Below are positions 33,456-43,253 of a stretch of 50,678 bases of DNA, piece by piece (position 1 is the stretch's first letter; each line of letters opens with the position of its first letter). Made by a program: the position numbers and the translations under genes. Source of the stretch: Candidatus Nealsonbacteria bacterium (GTDB taxonomy: Bacteria; Patescibacteriota; Minisyncoccia; Minisyncoccales; PWPS01); the NCBI GenBank assembly GCA_003560095.1, contig PWJI01000010.1, positions 1 through 50,678 of the forward strand, read 5' to 3'. The notes beneath the pieces were generated by a model. That model was not told the origin of the DNA. It saw nothing but the letters and a program-made list of their open reading frames with translations, and did no database searches.

Positions 33456-34511
33456 ATGATAAATCAAAAAAGACTAATCAATAACTTTCTTGAGATGGTA
33501 AAAATTGATAGCGTTACAGGGGAAGAAAGAGAGATGAGTGATTTCGCCTTAAGCTATTTATTAAAAATGGGGCTAAGTGCAGAAAAAGACTCTTTGGGAA
33601 ATATTATTGCAAAAAATAACGGAAAAGGAGATCCTCTTTTCTTTAGTGCACATCTTGACACTGTCTCTCCCGGAAAGGGAATAATTCCGGTCATAGAAAA
33701 AAACACTATTAAAAGTAAAGGAAATACCATATTGGGAGGTGATAATAAGGCTCCTTTATCTGCAATACTCGAAGCCCTTTTTTCAACAAAAACAAAAAGA
33801 AAAATAGAAATTGCTTTTACTGTTTCTGAAGAAAGTGAAAATATAGGTGCATTGAAGTTGGATTATTCAAAAATTGAATCTAAAAAAGGTTTTTGCTTTG
33901 ATTGTGGAGAAAAAATAGGAACAATCATCTTAAAGTCCCCTTTTTATGACAGTTTTATTATAGATATTAAAGGAAAGTCTTCCCATGCCGCATTTCCCGA
34001 AAAAGGAATAAACGCCATTAAATACTCCTCTGATTTTATTAAAAAAATAAAGATAGGAAAAATCAATAACTCAACCGTTTTAAATATAGGAAAAATAAAA
34101 GGCGGAAGTTCTGTAAATACGGTTCCGGAAAAAATACTCATGGAGGGAGAAATAAGAAGCTTTAGCAAAAAAAATATAGAAAACACAGAAAAGCAACTCA
34201 ATGCTATTTCTTTAGATAACAAAAAAATTAAAAAAAATGTAAAAATAAAAAGAGAAAATGCCGGATATATTTTTAAGAAAAATAACAGAGATGTTCAGTC
34301 TATATGCAAAATTATGTCTAAAATAAAAATCGACCCGCTCTATAAATCTTCTTGGGCTTGCTCAGATGCCAATATATTTAATGAAAAAGGAATAAAAGTT
34401 CTTAACTTGGGAGATGGGGTAGAAAATATTCATACCACAAGCGAAAAGATAAAAATAAAAAATTTGATTTTGCTTACAAAATTAATAAAAAAAATAATAA
34501 AAGATTTTTAG
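33456..34511 (+). CDS. M20-family metallopeptidase (PepT / tripeptidase-like)
   Basis: From ATG 33456 the protein reads MINQKRLINNFLEMVKIDSVTGEE.., with AHLDTVSPG, LGGDNKAP and VSEESEN motifs. The ORF-track start at 33327 would read through the GNAT 3' end and its terminator. Confidence 0.8.
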   Translation: MINQKRLINNFLEMVKIDSVTGEEREMSDFALSYLLKMGLSAEKDSLGNIIAKNNGKGDPLFFSAHLDTVSPGKGIIPVIEKNTIKSKGNTILGGDNKAPLSAILEALFSTKTKRKIEIAFTVSEESENIGALKLDYSKIESKKGFCFDCGEKIGTIILKSPFYDSFIIDIKGKSSHAAFPEKGINAIKYSSDFIKKIKIGKINNSTVLNIGKIKGGSSVNTVPEKILMEGEIRSFSKKNIENTEKQLNAISLDNKKIKKNVKIKRENAGYIFKKNNRDVQSICKIMSKIKIDPLYKSSWACSDANIFNEKGIKVLNLGDGVENIHTTSEKIKIKNLILLTKLIKKIIKDF

Positions 34512-34591
34512 CATAAACTCTCTTCTCTCTCTAGAAATGCTAATAAAAAATATTACTTGCAAAAGAAATATAAGTTAAAATATTTTTCTTT

Positions 34592-34623
34592 TTAAAACAA
34601 AAAGAAGGACTTTCGTCCTTCTT
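34592..34623 (-). terminator. Rho-independent terminator after the MraZ-like gene
   Basis: AAGAAGGAC (34602-34610), loop TTTC, GTCCTTCTT (34615-34623). The minus-strand stem is followed by TTTTGTTTTAAAAAG. Confidence 0.6.
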
Positions 34624-34626
34624 AAA

Positions 34627-34932
34627 TTAAAGTACCTGCTTAACTTCTATATATTCTTTACGGCCAACTAATTTTATTTTACTCGAATAGAATGAAACTT
34701 TTTTTCTTATCTCTTTTGGTATCATGACTCTTCCTTGAGAGTCAACCTTTTCGTCATACGCACAAGAGCATTCCTTTTTTGTAAAATCTTTCGTCGACGG
34801 ATATATTCTTACCGACAAATCCTCTGCAAGATAAAAATAAACAAAATCCCCTACCTTTTCTTTGAAAGTTTTAGGCAGTGAAAATCTCCATTTTCCATCC
34901 AATAAACGAACAAACTCCCCGCAAAAGATCAT
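34627..34932 (-). CDS. mraZ: compact MraZ-like (double SpoVT/AbrB-type) transcriptional regulator
   Basis: It has two halves with the MraZ pattern: GEFVRLLDGKWRFSLPKTFKEKVG and DEKVDSQGRVMIPKEIRKKV..KLVGRKEYIEV. At 101 aa it is shorter than canonical MraZ (about 150 aa). Confidence 0.55.
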   Translation of the reverse strand: MIFCGEFVRLLDGKWRFSLPKTFKEKVGDFVYFYLAEDLSVRIYPSTKDFTKKECSCAYDEKVDSQGRVMIPKEIRKKVSFYSSKIKLVGRKEYIEVKQVL

Positions 34933-35046
34933 TTCGGTTCCCTCCTTTCTTTTAGTAATCTTATTTTAACATAAAAAACAAAAAATACCAATTATCTTTC
35001 CATAATTAATTAACAAAACTTTCTCTAATATTAGTAGACCTCTATA

Positions 35047-35814
35047 CTAAAACTCGGGAATCATGCTATCGATATCTATGTCATCAAAATCATCCGGAAC
35101 ATGGTCCATAATGTCATCCGGAATGTCATTCATAATATCATCCGTAGAAGTAGGAACCTCCACAACAGGAGTACCTTCGGGAAGCTCAAATTTATCATCC
35201 GAAAATTCATCAAAAACTACATTTTTTATTTCTGTTACAGTTTCGTTAATTTCAAACTTAACGGGCAAACCATGCTCTTCCCATATCCACATCTTTCCGG
35301 TAGATTCTTCGTTTTGAGCATATTCAACTACAATACACTCCATTCCGTTTACTGTTTCTCTTCCTATCACCACAGGATTTCTTTCAGGAAGTTCTTCAGC
35401 CTGATATTTGGCAGAACTTTCCTTTACTTCCTCTACATCACTAAAATCAACTTTTGTAGCCACATCTCGATCAGGAAAATAAGTATGAACTGTTCTTTCT
35501 TCGTTATCCATAATTACTACCGTCTCCTCTCCCATGACATTGCCTTCCATTCTTATTTTGTCACCTTTTTGCCACATTTTTCCTTCCAGTTTTTGAGAGG
35601 GAGAATCCATTTCCACATCATAACTTACATAACTTACTTCTTTTGCACGCTCAATTATTCCCATAAACTCTTCGTGTTCCATTTCTCCTTTTACAAAAGA
35701 TTCTTCAATATCGTTGATATCTGGATCAACTACTTCTTTATCTTCTCTTGTAAGAATAAAAGCCCCTCCTCCGACTAAAACTACAAGAGCTAAAATAATA
35801 ATAACACCTTTCAT
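35047..35814 (-). CDS. N-terminally anchored LolA-fold-like protein with an acidic C-terminal tail
   Basis: YVSYDVEMDSPSQKLEGKMWQKGDKIRMEG...CIVVEYAQNEESTGKMWIWEEHGLPVKFE...DDKFELPEGT belongs to the paralogue set with 12915..13604 and 29224..29850. Confidence 0.45.
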   Translation of the reverse strand: MKGVIIILALVVLVGGGAFILTREDKEVVDPDINDIEESFVKGEMEHEEFMGIIERAKEVSYVSYDVEMDSPSQKLEGKMWQKGDKIRMEGNVMGEETVVIMDNEERTVHTYFPDRDVATKVDFSDVEEVKESSAKYQAEELPERNPVVIGRETVNGMECIVVEYAQNEESTGKMWIWEEHGLPVKFEINETVTEIKNVVFDEFSDDKFELPEGTPVVEVPTSTDDIMNDIPDDIMDHVPDDFDDIDIDSMIPEF

Positions 35815-35926
35815 AATTTTAAATTTTTAGATTTATAATACGACCTTATTTTTACAATAACAAAAATATTTAAAATAGCAACAACTCCTTTTTTCTTTAT
35901 ACTTTGTTTTGATGCTTTTTGTTAAT

Positions 35927-36937
35927 TTAAAACAAACCAATTATCTTACCGGTAAAAATAACATAAAGAGCAAGAAAAAATATGCCCTCCCAGTTGTGAA
36001 TTCTTCTTGATATTCCTGATATAACAAAAAGAAACGTAACAAGCACCATAAAAGGAAAGCCAATTGTTAGCGTTTGCTCGTCAATATAGATATCACGAAA
36101 AATTCCGGGAAGTCCAATAACAACAAAAGAATTAAAAACATTTGATCCAAAAACATTGCCCAGAGCAACCTCAGCTCTTCCTTTCATTGCTGCTTTAGCA
36201 GAAACAACAAGCTCGGGAAGAGACGTTCCAATAGCAACGGCAAGAATAGAAATTATCCCAACCCCTACTCCCAAAAACTCCGAAATTCCTACAACAGAAG
36301 AAACAAGATATCTTGCAGAGAAAGCAAGAACCACTCCACTAATAATTAATAACCCCCAATCTTTTACGCTTGCTTTTGGTCTTGCTTTTACCTCTTTTTC
36401 TTTTTTAATATTTGACAAAGTATTGCTACTTTCTTCTTTTTTATCTGATTTTTCATAAGCACTAATCGTATCGTCTTGATGAAATAAAGTATAAAGCAAG
36501 TAAAAACCGTAAGCTACGAGAAGAATAATTGACTCTACTCTGCTTATCATTGCAACACTTTCCTTGCCCCACGAAAAAATAACTCCGATTAAAATCACTG
36601 TAGTAATAGAAAGCAATGGAAGATCTATGTCGATAAGATTTTTTGTTATTGCTAACTTTCCACCCAAGACAGCAGAAAAACCAACAACAAGCAAAATATT
36701 GGCAACATTGGAGCCAATTGCATTAGCAGGAATCATCTCTGTTACATCCATAAAAGCAGCTGTCATTGCCGTAAAAAGCTCAGGGAAAGAAGTTCCAAAA
36801 GCAACTATGGTAACTCCAACAATAAAAGGAGAAAGACCAAGAGCTAATCCTATTTTTTCTGCACTTTTTAAAAAAAAGTCCGCACCTAAGATTAGAAGCG
36901 TAATTGAAAAAATAAAAATCAAAACATCTAATATCAT
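35927..36937 (-). CDS. Ca2+/cation antiporter (CaCA family, YrbG-like)
   Basis: Both alpha-repeats are present: GVTIVAFGTSFPELFTA and AVAIGTSLPELVVSA, plus GNVFGSNVFN. A hydrophilic central loop separates them. Confidence 0.85.
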   Translation of the reverse strand: MILDVLIFIFSITLLILGADFFLKSAEKIGLALGLSPFIVGVTIVAFGTSFPELFTAMTAAFMDVTEMIPANAIGSNVANILLVVGFSAVLGGKLAITKNLIDIDLPLLSITTVILIGVIFSWGKESVAMISRVESIILLVAYGFYLLYTLFHQDDTISAYEKSDKKEESSNTLSNIKKEKEVKARPKASVKDWGLLIISGVVLAFSARYLVSSVVGISEFLGVGVGIISILAVAIGTSLPELVVSAKAAMKGRAEVALGNVFGSNVFNSFVVIGLPGIFRDIYIDEQTLTIGFPFMVLVTFLFVISGISRRIHNWEGIFFLALYVIFTGKIIGLF

Positions 36938-37027
36938 ATATCTAATCGCTAATAACTTTATTTAAAATTTATTATTTTTGATTTTCTATAATTTTTATTT
37001 ATCTATTAAATAAAATATAACTAACTA

Positions 37028-38995
37028 CTATCTTAAAACACAACGAACATAATGAAAAGGAAAATTCTTTTCTTCAGAAGAGATATCCCCTGAGTAGAAA
37101 TTAAGCCTTTGTGCAGAAAAAGAATCAGACTCGGTAGAAGACCAATAATAGCCATTAATCGCATTATCATCCCACGAAGGCTTGCAAGGACCACTAGTCC
37201 CACCCCCTTGATTAATTAAACAATCTCTATAAAGATCATTTACTCTATTTATAGACGGCAAGGCCCAGTTTTGCTTTCCTCCATAACTTAGATTAGCACA
37301 TACAACTGCGGCACTAATTTCATCAGCACAATCACTATTTTTTATTAATTGTGTGTTGTTTCCATCATACATCTCAGAAGAAGCACCTACCTCTTCGCCA
37401 TAACAGCCCCATTCATATGCAGTAGAGCTTTCTGTTGTTGCAGGCAGTCGCAAAGTGGGTGTCCAGATATTAAGTTCCAAGTCACAATAAACCAAATCTC
37501 CCCCTATAAAAGAGCTTGTACTTTTATGCTCTTCTATTGTGCAAAATTCAGCAGGCTCTTCTGGGGGCGCGAAAGTAACTTCGGTGCAAATATTATTAAT
37601 ACACTCATACCCATCCCAGCAACCACCAAAATACCTGTCAACAAAACAAGTTTCAGTTTCTTCTGAAGAGCCTTCACATTCTTTTCCTCCATACTCCGGC
37701 TTAGGATTATTACATTCTCTGCTTCTAGATCTTTTTCCCTCCATTCTAATGCTTCCACAATCAAATGACCTTTCATCTACAACCTTGCACTCGCTCCAAG
37801 CACTCCAATTACTCCATCCACCATCTATCTTAATGGGTTCTTTTTGACACACATCTTCCTGCCAATAATATCCTGCTTCTATGCACCTTTCTTTAGAATC
37901 AATTTCTTCTAAAAAATCATCTTCCTCGTTTTCCTCTTCTTCCTTCTTCTTTTCTTCCTTTTCTTCCTTTTCTTCCTCAATGTATTGCTCTATTTCCTGA
38001 GAATCATCTTCTTGTTCTTTGAAAAAAATTTCCTCATAAGGATTTACTTCTGTCACATATGCTGCATCTTCTTCTTGAGAGTATTGAAAATTAAAATCAT
38101 TAAAAATAAAGAAATAAAGAAAAACTACTCCTACTCCAAAAATTCCTCCCATCAAAAGAAAAATTATTTTACTTTTTACAGTCAATTCCTCTCTTTTTTC
38201 ATCGTCATAAGAATTGTCTTTTGAAAAATCATTACCTCCTTTATTATTAGAAGAAATATCGGGGACTAATTCTTCTTTTTCTTCTTCTTTAGGAGAAGTG
38301 TTTTTTTCTTGAAGAGGTGGAGTAGTTTTCTCTTGTTCTATCTCCTCTTTACTGCTTTCGTAAGGCTTTTTTTTGAAAGATTTTATATCTTTCTTGTTTA
38401 CAGCAGAAAAAGATTGTTTAAAATTCAAAATTTTAAGAAGCTCTTCTTGTTTTTTGTCCTTAGGAGGTGGGGTGATTTTCTCTTGCTCTATCTCCTCTTT
38501 GCTACTTTCATAAGAATTATCTTCCAAAGAATCAGTGTCTTCTTTTTTGGAGGGAATATCGGAAGCTAATTCTTCTTTTTCTTCTTCTTTTTTTTCTTGA
38601 GCAGAAAGATTTTCTTCTGGATGACCTTTTTCCTGAAAAGATGAAGTGGCTTTCTCTTGCTCTATCTCCTCTTTGCTACTTTCATAATATTTATCTTCTA
38701 AAGAATCTGTAACTTTTTTGTCAGAAAGGGTGTCAAGGGCCAGTTCTTTATTCTTTTCTTCAGTAGAAAAATTTTCTTCTGGATAATCTTTTTCTTCTTT
38801 TTTTTCTTTTTTGTTTTGCCTAATTATTTCTCCTATAATTTGTTCCGGACTAAACCCCATCTCCTGAGCACGCTTAAAAGAACTTTCTCTTTCCGGCAAA
38901 TTTTCCCTAATTTCTTTCAAAAGAAGTTCGTCACTCTTGCCCTCCTCCTTTGCCTGTAAAATAAAATTTAATATATCTACTTTATTATTGCTCAT
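37028..38995 (-). CDS. type II membrane protein: shared N-terminal module, repeat-rich acidic cytoplasmic region, TM, Cys hairpin, TSP1 repeat, Cys knot and a DUF1566-type domain
   Basis: The start is taken at ATG 38995 (MSNNKVDIL..); the ORF track extends to 39037 and would overlap the upstream gene. The TM is [22 protein letters not shown] (38102-38170). The C-terminus has [24 protein letters not shown] and FHYVRCVLR. Confidence 0.7.
   Translation of the reverse strand: MSNNKVDILNFILQAKEEGKSDELLLKEIRENLPERESSFKRAQEMGFSPEQIIGEIIRQNKKEKKEEKDYPEENFSTEEKNKELALDTLSDKKVTDSLEDKYYESSKEEIEQEKATSSFQEKGHPEENLSAQEKKEEEKEELASDIPSKKEDTDSLEDNSYESSKEEIEQEKITPPPKDKKQEELLKILNFKQSFSAVNKKDIKSFKKKPYESSKEEIEQEKTTPPLQEKNTSPKEEEKEELVPDISSNNKGGNDFSKDNSYDDEKREELTVKSKIIFLLMGGIFGVGVVFLYFFIFNDFNFQYSQEEDAAYVTEVNPYEEIFFKEQEDDSQEIEQYIEEEKEEKEEKKKEEEENEEDDFLEEIDSKERCIEAGYYWQEDVCQKEPIKIDGGWSNWSAWSECKVVDERSFDCGSIRMEGKRSRSRECNNPKPEYGGKECEGSSEETETCFVDRYFGGCWDGYECINNICTEVTFAPPEEPAEFCTIEEHKSTSSFIGGDLVYCDLELNIWTPTLRLPATTESSTAYEWGCYGEEVGASSEMYDGNNTQLIKNSDCADEISAAVVCANLSYGGKQNWALPSINRVNDLYRDCLINQGGGTSGPCKPSWDDNAINGYYWSSTESDSFSAQRLNFYSGDISSEEKNFPFHYVRCVLR
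37646..37825 (-). other. thrombospondin type-1 repeat (TSR) coding segment, second copy
   Basis: [61 protein letters not shown]408 was verified at 37814-37816. Confidence 0.75.
38256..38700 (-). repeat. imperfect in-frame coding repeats ([12 protein letters not shown] x3, EEEKEEL-x-DI-x-S x2)
   Basis: ATATCGG..CTAATTCTTCTTTTTCTTCTTCTTT occurs at 38256-38290 and 38556-38590. TTTCTCTTG(T/C)TCTATCTCCTCTTT occurs near 38327, 38477 and 38651. Confidence 0.75.
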
Positions 38996-39017
38996 AAAGA
39001 TTAAAGAATCTAAGAAG

Positions 39018-41906
39018 CTACAAAGATAAATTATCAAAAAATACTAGCTCTTGATCTATCCTTCTCTCCACCTTTTTTATGCTTTCTAAGACTTCCATTA
39101 AGCTACTCCTAATAACCTCATCGTGATCTATTATTGGAAGAATTCTTCCAATGGTATTTTTTAAATTTACTACTCTTTCTTTTTTAGAAAGTAAGCGCTC
39201 TTTTTCTTTTTTAAACCTTGAAAGTTGTTCTAATTTTTGCTCCTTTTTTTCTTTTATCCTTTGCTCTATGTTTTTTATTCTATTTTTAACATCTCCCATT
39301 TCTTCCTTTAAGAAAAATAATTCTTCAATATTCTGTTCTTCTATCTGTATTAAAAGATTATCAATCAATCCAAGCATATTATTTACCCTTTCCTCTTGTT
39401 TTGTTAATTCTTCCATCCTTTCTTGTGTTCTTTTAAGCTCAATACCTTCTCCTAAATCTCCGGAAAGCCTGAATACACCTACTATCTCCCGATTTTTTTC
39501 TACAACAAATGTATACTCTCGTGTTCCGCTTAGCATAAGTCCCTCTTCCTCCCATCCGTAAAAATAATATCCGCTTTCAGGTATTGCTTTTATAGTAACT
39601 TCCTCGCCCTTTCTGTAAGTACCTGCATTTTTCACTTCTCCTCCTTTGTTATTTGCAACAATTAATTTAATATCGTACCTGGTTGCTCCTCCTCCGCCTC
39701 CACCCCCACTGCTTCTTTGCTTTATTTCTTCCCACTTAGCATAAACAGTAATATTTTCAATAATAATGGTTGATGAAGTAAAAGTATCTCCTTCTCCATT
39801 TTCCTGAGTATTCCACTCAACAAAATTATATCCATCTCTTGATGCTGAAAGAAGAGAGCCCACCTCTTTTTCGGGATTTATTATTTTTGTTTGACTTGAT
39901 GGACTTCCTTCGTTTCCATCAAAGTTTACAGCATATTGCCACGAAAAAAACGGATACTTCTCGCCATCTATTATATTCCATTTAAAATTAATGTTTGTTT
40001 CTCCCGGATTAACATCCATTATATCCCAAGAACTTTCCAGTCCTTGTGTATCAGTATTGTTATAAGTTGATATCTCTTTCATTTCATTTGTTTCTTTACC
40101 GGTCCCTCCTCCCATGCTTATTTCTGTTTGACTAGATTGAATATCCCAAAAAGAATTTACTACATTGACAGAAAGATTTTCTGGATATCCCACAAAACCA
40201 CCTACATCACTTTCTCCGGTCACCTCACTTTTTGAGTATGATTTTGAAATATCTCCGGGAGAATTGGTATTGCCATTTTTTCCAACAAGACCACCGACTC
40301 TATTTTCTCCCTCAACTAATCCCCTAGAATGGCTATTTTCAATATCACCTCCTCTATTTAAACCAACAAGACCACCTATGCTTTCTAAACCCTTAACCGT
40401 AGCATCTGCATAAGAAGTTTTTACCAAATTTCTATTATCTCCAACAAGACCACCGACTCTATTTTCTCCCTCAGACGCTCCTTCAAAATAACTTTTTTCT
40501 ATTATTCCTCCATTATACCCAACAAGACCACCTACTCTGTTTGCCTCTCCTCCATCAACACTTCCTATTGCAAAAGAAAGATTTATTGTTCCTTCATTTG
40601 CTCCAATAAGACCACCTATCTCTCCCCCAGAGTCACTTATAACATTTCCTTTAAAAGAAGAGCTTTCAATTATTCCGTTAGCCACTCCCGCAAAACCCCC
40701 GCAAGAAGTAGAAACATCAAGTTCACAATAAACATATCCTTCTATTATATGAACATTATTAATTTCTCCTAAACCTAAATAACCAACAATCGATCCAACT
40801 CCAGCCCAGTCACCTGTTCCCGTAATATTGCTATCTTCAATATTAATGTTTTCTAAAGTGGCTTCTGATCCCAAATATCCAAATAAGCCTATATGATTAA
40901 AGCTATGGTTTGCCGCATTTCTGCTAATATATAAATTAGAAATAGTATATCCTTGCCCATCCAAGGAACCATCAAAAGAATTCCCCTCCTCTCCTATGGG
41001 TTTGAATCCTCTTCCATCATTCCAATTCTCCGTATCTAGGCAATCAATATCATTTACCAAAACATAGTCTTTTATTAAATTATCTTCCATTTCTTGCAAT
41101 TCTTGACAACTAGAAATATGTCTTATCCATTGAGCATAAACGTCAACATCTTCAGTAATAATAGACTCTGAGGTAAGCTCATCTCCTGTTCCGTCTTGCT
41201 GCTTATTCCATTCAATAAAAGTATGTCCATCTCTTGACACTGATGGAAGTGGCCCCATTTCTTGCCCATGCTCTACTCCGGCCATAGCCACTTTTTGGAA
41301 TTCACCTCCTTCGCTGGTATAAAAATTTACAGTGTATACATTTATCTCCCATTGAGCATAAACGGTAACGTCTTCTATGACATTAGTTTCTGTTGTAAAA
41401 GCGCTTCCTTCTCCGTTTTCCTGAGTATTCCATTCAAGGAAGGTGTGTCCTTCTCTTGTTACTGTGGGTAGTGGATCTATTGTGCTTCCGTACTCTACTG
41501 TTTCTGTTTGTGTTGCTGGAGTTCCTTCGTTGGCGTTGAAGGTTACAGTATATTCATTTATTTCCCACTGTGCATAAACGACAATATCTTCGGTAATAAT
41601 GGTTGATGAAGTAAAAACATCTCCCTCTCCGTTTTGCTGCGTATTCCATTCAATAAAAGTATGTCCATCTCTTAACACTGATGGAAGATCTCCCACCGAG
41701 CTACCTTCCTCTACTTCTTTTGTTTGAGTTGAAGGAGATCCTCCGTTTCCATCAAAATTTACCGTATACTTTTGCTCATGAGGAGTAATATTATTGTATG
41801 TTGATTGACCATCACCCTCACTGTGAAAATAATTCGCATCAACAAAAGCTCCTGCTCCTAAAAAAAAGATAAATATGTAGAATATTGCTATATATTTTTT
41901 CACCAT
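39018..41906 (-). CDS. large secreted protein: three Listeria-Bacteroides (Flg_new) repeats, a GLUG-motif repeat region, a fourth Flg_new repeat, a Gly7 linker, a divergent InlB B-repeat and a C-terminal coiled coil
   Basis: 962 aa with a signal peptide. Flg_new units read [28 protein letters not shown] (41127-41771; fourth at 39732-39938). GLUG-type repeats read [12 protein letters not shown]-x-S (about 39942-41114). The B-repeat lies at 39468-39680 and the coiled coil at 39021-39449. There is no LPXTG or C-terminal TM. Confidence 0.75.
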   Translation of the reverse strand: MVKKYIAIFYIFIFFLGAGAFVDANYFHSEGDGQSTYNNITPHEQKYTVNFDGNGGSPSTQTKEVEEGSSVGDLPSVLRDGHTFIEWNTQQNGEGDVFTSSTIITEDIVVYAQWEINEYTVTFNANEGTPATQTETVEYGSTIDPLPTVTREGHTFLEWNTQENGEGSAFTTETNVIEDVTVYAQWEINVYTVNFYTSEGGEFQKVAMAGVEHGQEMGPLPSVSRDGHTFIEWNKQQDGTGDELTSESIITEDVDVYAQWIRHISSCQELQEMEDNLIKDYVLVNDIDCLDTENWNDGRGFKPIGEEGNSFDGSLDGQGYTISNLYISRNAANHSFNHIGLFGYLGSEATLENINIEDSNITGTGDWAGVGSIVGYLGLGEINNVHIIEGYVYCELDVSTSCGGFAGVANGIIESSSFKGNVISDSGGEIGGLIGANEGTINLSFAIGSVDGGEANRVGGLVGYNGGIIEKSYFEGASEGENRVGGLVGDNRNLVKTSYADATVKGLESIGGLVGLNRGGDIENSHSRGLVEGENRVGGLVGKNGNTNSPGDISKSYSKSEVTGESDVGGFVGYPENLSVNVVNSFWDIQSSQTEISMGGGTGKETNEMKEISTYNNTDTQGLESSWDIMDVNPGETNINFKWNIIDGEKYPFFSWQYAVNFDGNEGSPSSQTKIINPEKEVGSLLSASRDGYNFVEWNTQENGEGDTFTSSTIIIENITVYAKWEEIKQRSSGGGGGGGATRYDIKLIVANNKGGEVKNAGTYRKGEEVTIKAIPESGYYFYGWEEEGLMLSGTREYTFVVEKNREIVGVFRLSGDLGEGIELKRTQERMEELTKQEERVNNMLGLIDNLLIQIEEQNIEELFFLKEEMGDVKNRIKNIEQRIKEKKEQKLEQLSRFKKEKERLLSKKERVVNLKNTIGRILPIIDHDEVIRSSLMEVLESIKKVERRIDQELVFFDNLSL

Positions 41907-41946
41907 TATTAAATTTTTATAATTACCTTTCTATCTTTTTCAAATT

Positions 41947-42570
41947 TTAAACTTCAAAAAATCCCGAATTATCATATTTTCTTCCTTCATCGTGAGTCTT
42001 CATGCGCTCTGCATCTTCCGGATAATTCTCGATTAAGAATTCATAAAACTCTTCTATTTTTTCCTGCCCTGTTATCATTTTTTGATAATCAAGTTCTCTT
42101 TCACGATCAAGAGTAATCGATGTAAAATACTCTGTAACATTATCTAATTCTTCTATTAATCTTAGGTCATCTTCTGAGGGGATATCTGGAGAAAAACGCC
42201 CCCTCCCAAAAGTTCTGGTAGTAGCTTCCATAAAAGGGGTTAACCTTAGCTCAACAAAATCTTCCACCTTTTTTTCTTCTTCACTTTTTTCTCCATTTTC
42301 CTTTTCTGCGGAGTCTTCTTCATTTTCTTTTTTTTCACCTTCTTCTATGTCATTTTCACCGAAATCTATGTCATTATCCTCCACCTCTTCTTCTATCTTC
42401 TCTTCATCTTTTTCTTTGGATTTGTCAATTTCTTGATAGATATCTTCTCCCTCTTTAGGGTCATCCATTTTTTTAACTTCTTGACTATAGAAAAAGACAA
42501 TTATTCCAACTATTAATGCAACAAAAAAAACTACTAATATACCTAGCTTTGTTGATATCTTTTTTTTCAT
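41947..42570 (-). CDS. N-terminally anchored, highly acidic protein, unknown function
   Basis: 207 aa. It has a TM anchor, a D/E/K low-complexity region of about 90 aa and a helical C-terminal domain of about 95 aa. Confidence 0.4.
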   Translation of the reverse strand: MKKKISTKLGILVVFFVALIVGIIVFFYSQEVKKMDDPKEGEDIYQEIDKSKEKDEEKIEEEVEDNDIDFGENDIEEGEKKENEEDSAEKENGEKSEEEKKVEDFVELRLTPFMEATTRTFGRGRFSPDIPSEDDLRLIEELDNVTEYFTSITLDRERELDYQKMITGQEKIEEFYEFLIENYPEDAERMKTHDEGRKYDNSGFFEV

Positions 42571-42664
42571 AATTTTTAGTTAATTTACATTGTTTATTTA
42601 TACCACAAAAGAAAAAACCTACCAATATAAAAAAAGAATAATTGTATTACTGGTGCCCTCATAT

Positions 42665-42703
42665 TGTCAAAATAAAAACCACCCCAATTAAATATTAGGG
42701 TGG
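42665..42703 (-). terminator. Rho-independent terminator after the 42723..43250 gene
   Basis: CCACCC (42679-42684) / GGGTGG (42698-42703). The minus-strand stem is followed by TTTTTATTTTGACA. Confidence 0.5.
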
Positions 42704-42722
42704 CAAGTATTTTTTATTAATT

Positions 42723-43250
42723 TTATTCAACCAATTGACACTCTCCCTCTATGCACTTTGGCTCTGCAAAGCACGTCCAGTGATTGGATATCACTGTCAT
42801 GCATATGGTTTCTTCGGGATCACAATCATCTAACATCTTCTTTTCCCAATAATCCAAATACTTTTTATTTATAGCAATGGCGGTTCCGCCATGATTACAA
42901 TCGCAACAACCATCCGCAACGGAAATGCAATCACTGTCTGTATTACAATAATAAGGCATCTCTTTATTGGCAACTTCAATGTCTTTTTTTTCTTTACTCG
43001 TTGCTTCTTGTTTTTGAGAATCAAGACCATTTTCTTGACCCATTTCATCTGATTCAAGCACATCTCCTTCTTCCTTCTCCTCTTCTTTCTTTTCACTGTC
43101 TAGCGCCTCTTCCTTTTTGTCGTTAATATCTTCTTCAAACAAGCCCTGCTCTTTTTCTTCTTGGGCTATAAGTAAAACACTTGCTCCCGCTACTCCGGCA
43201 ACAAATAATATTATTAAAGCTCCTGTTATTGTGGGTATTTTCTTTTTCAT
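42723..43250 (-). CDS. anchored protein with a 10-Cys C-terminal domain, unknown family
   Basis: Anchor is ITGALIILFVAGVAGASVLLIAQEEKE, followed by an acidic linker. Then comes YYCNTDSDCISVADGCCDCNHGG...DDCDPEETICMTVISNHWTCFAEPKCIEGECQLVE. Confidence 0.45.
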   Translation of the reverse strand: MKKKIPTITGALIILFVAGVAGASVLLIAQEEKEQGLFEEDINDKKEEALDSEKKEEEKEEGDVLESDEMGQENGLDSQKQEATSKEKKDIEVANKEMPYYCNTDSDCISVADGCCDCNHGGTAIAINKKYLDYWEKKMLDDCDPEETICMTVISNHWTCFAEPKCIEGECQLVE

Positions 43251-43253
43251 AAA

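Noticed and set aside
35101-35778. 225-aa plus-strand ORF, plus similar antisense ORFs: 1276..1458, 1455..1751, 1986..2528, 8432..8938, 14539..14838, 17218..17613, 19607..20252, 22952..23281, 25093..25827, 26424..26777, 36156..36965, 37349..37847, 38309..38569, 39151..39561 and others
   Set aside because: All sit opposite longer minus-strand genes with clear family motifs. Their products are low-complexity F/L/S/I-rich mirror translations of K/E-rich or AT-rich coding sequence.
38256-38700. Possible CRISPR-like repeat array, also considered for 19685..20147
   Set aside because: The repeats are in-frame inside long ORFs. They encode repeated peptide motifs, have irregular spacing and lack spacer-like unique inserts or nearby cas genes.
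38996-39037. Upstream extensions of ORFs, here and at 6215..6274 and 4329..4370
   Set aside because: The extensions overlap the preceding gene or a promoter-like element and add hydrophobic or odd residues before a typical MKK/MSN-type start. Internal ATG starts (38995, 6214, 4328) fit better.
39687-39710. Gly7 linker as a possible slippage-prone homopolymer
   Set aside because: The glycines are encoded by mixed GGN codons (the plus strand reads CCTCCTCCGCCTCCACCCCCA), not a mononucleotide run.
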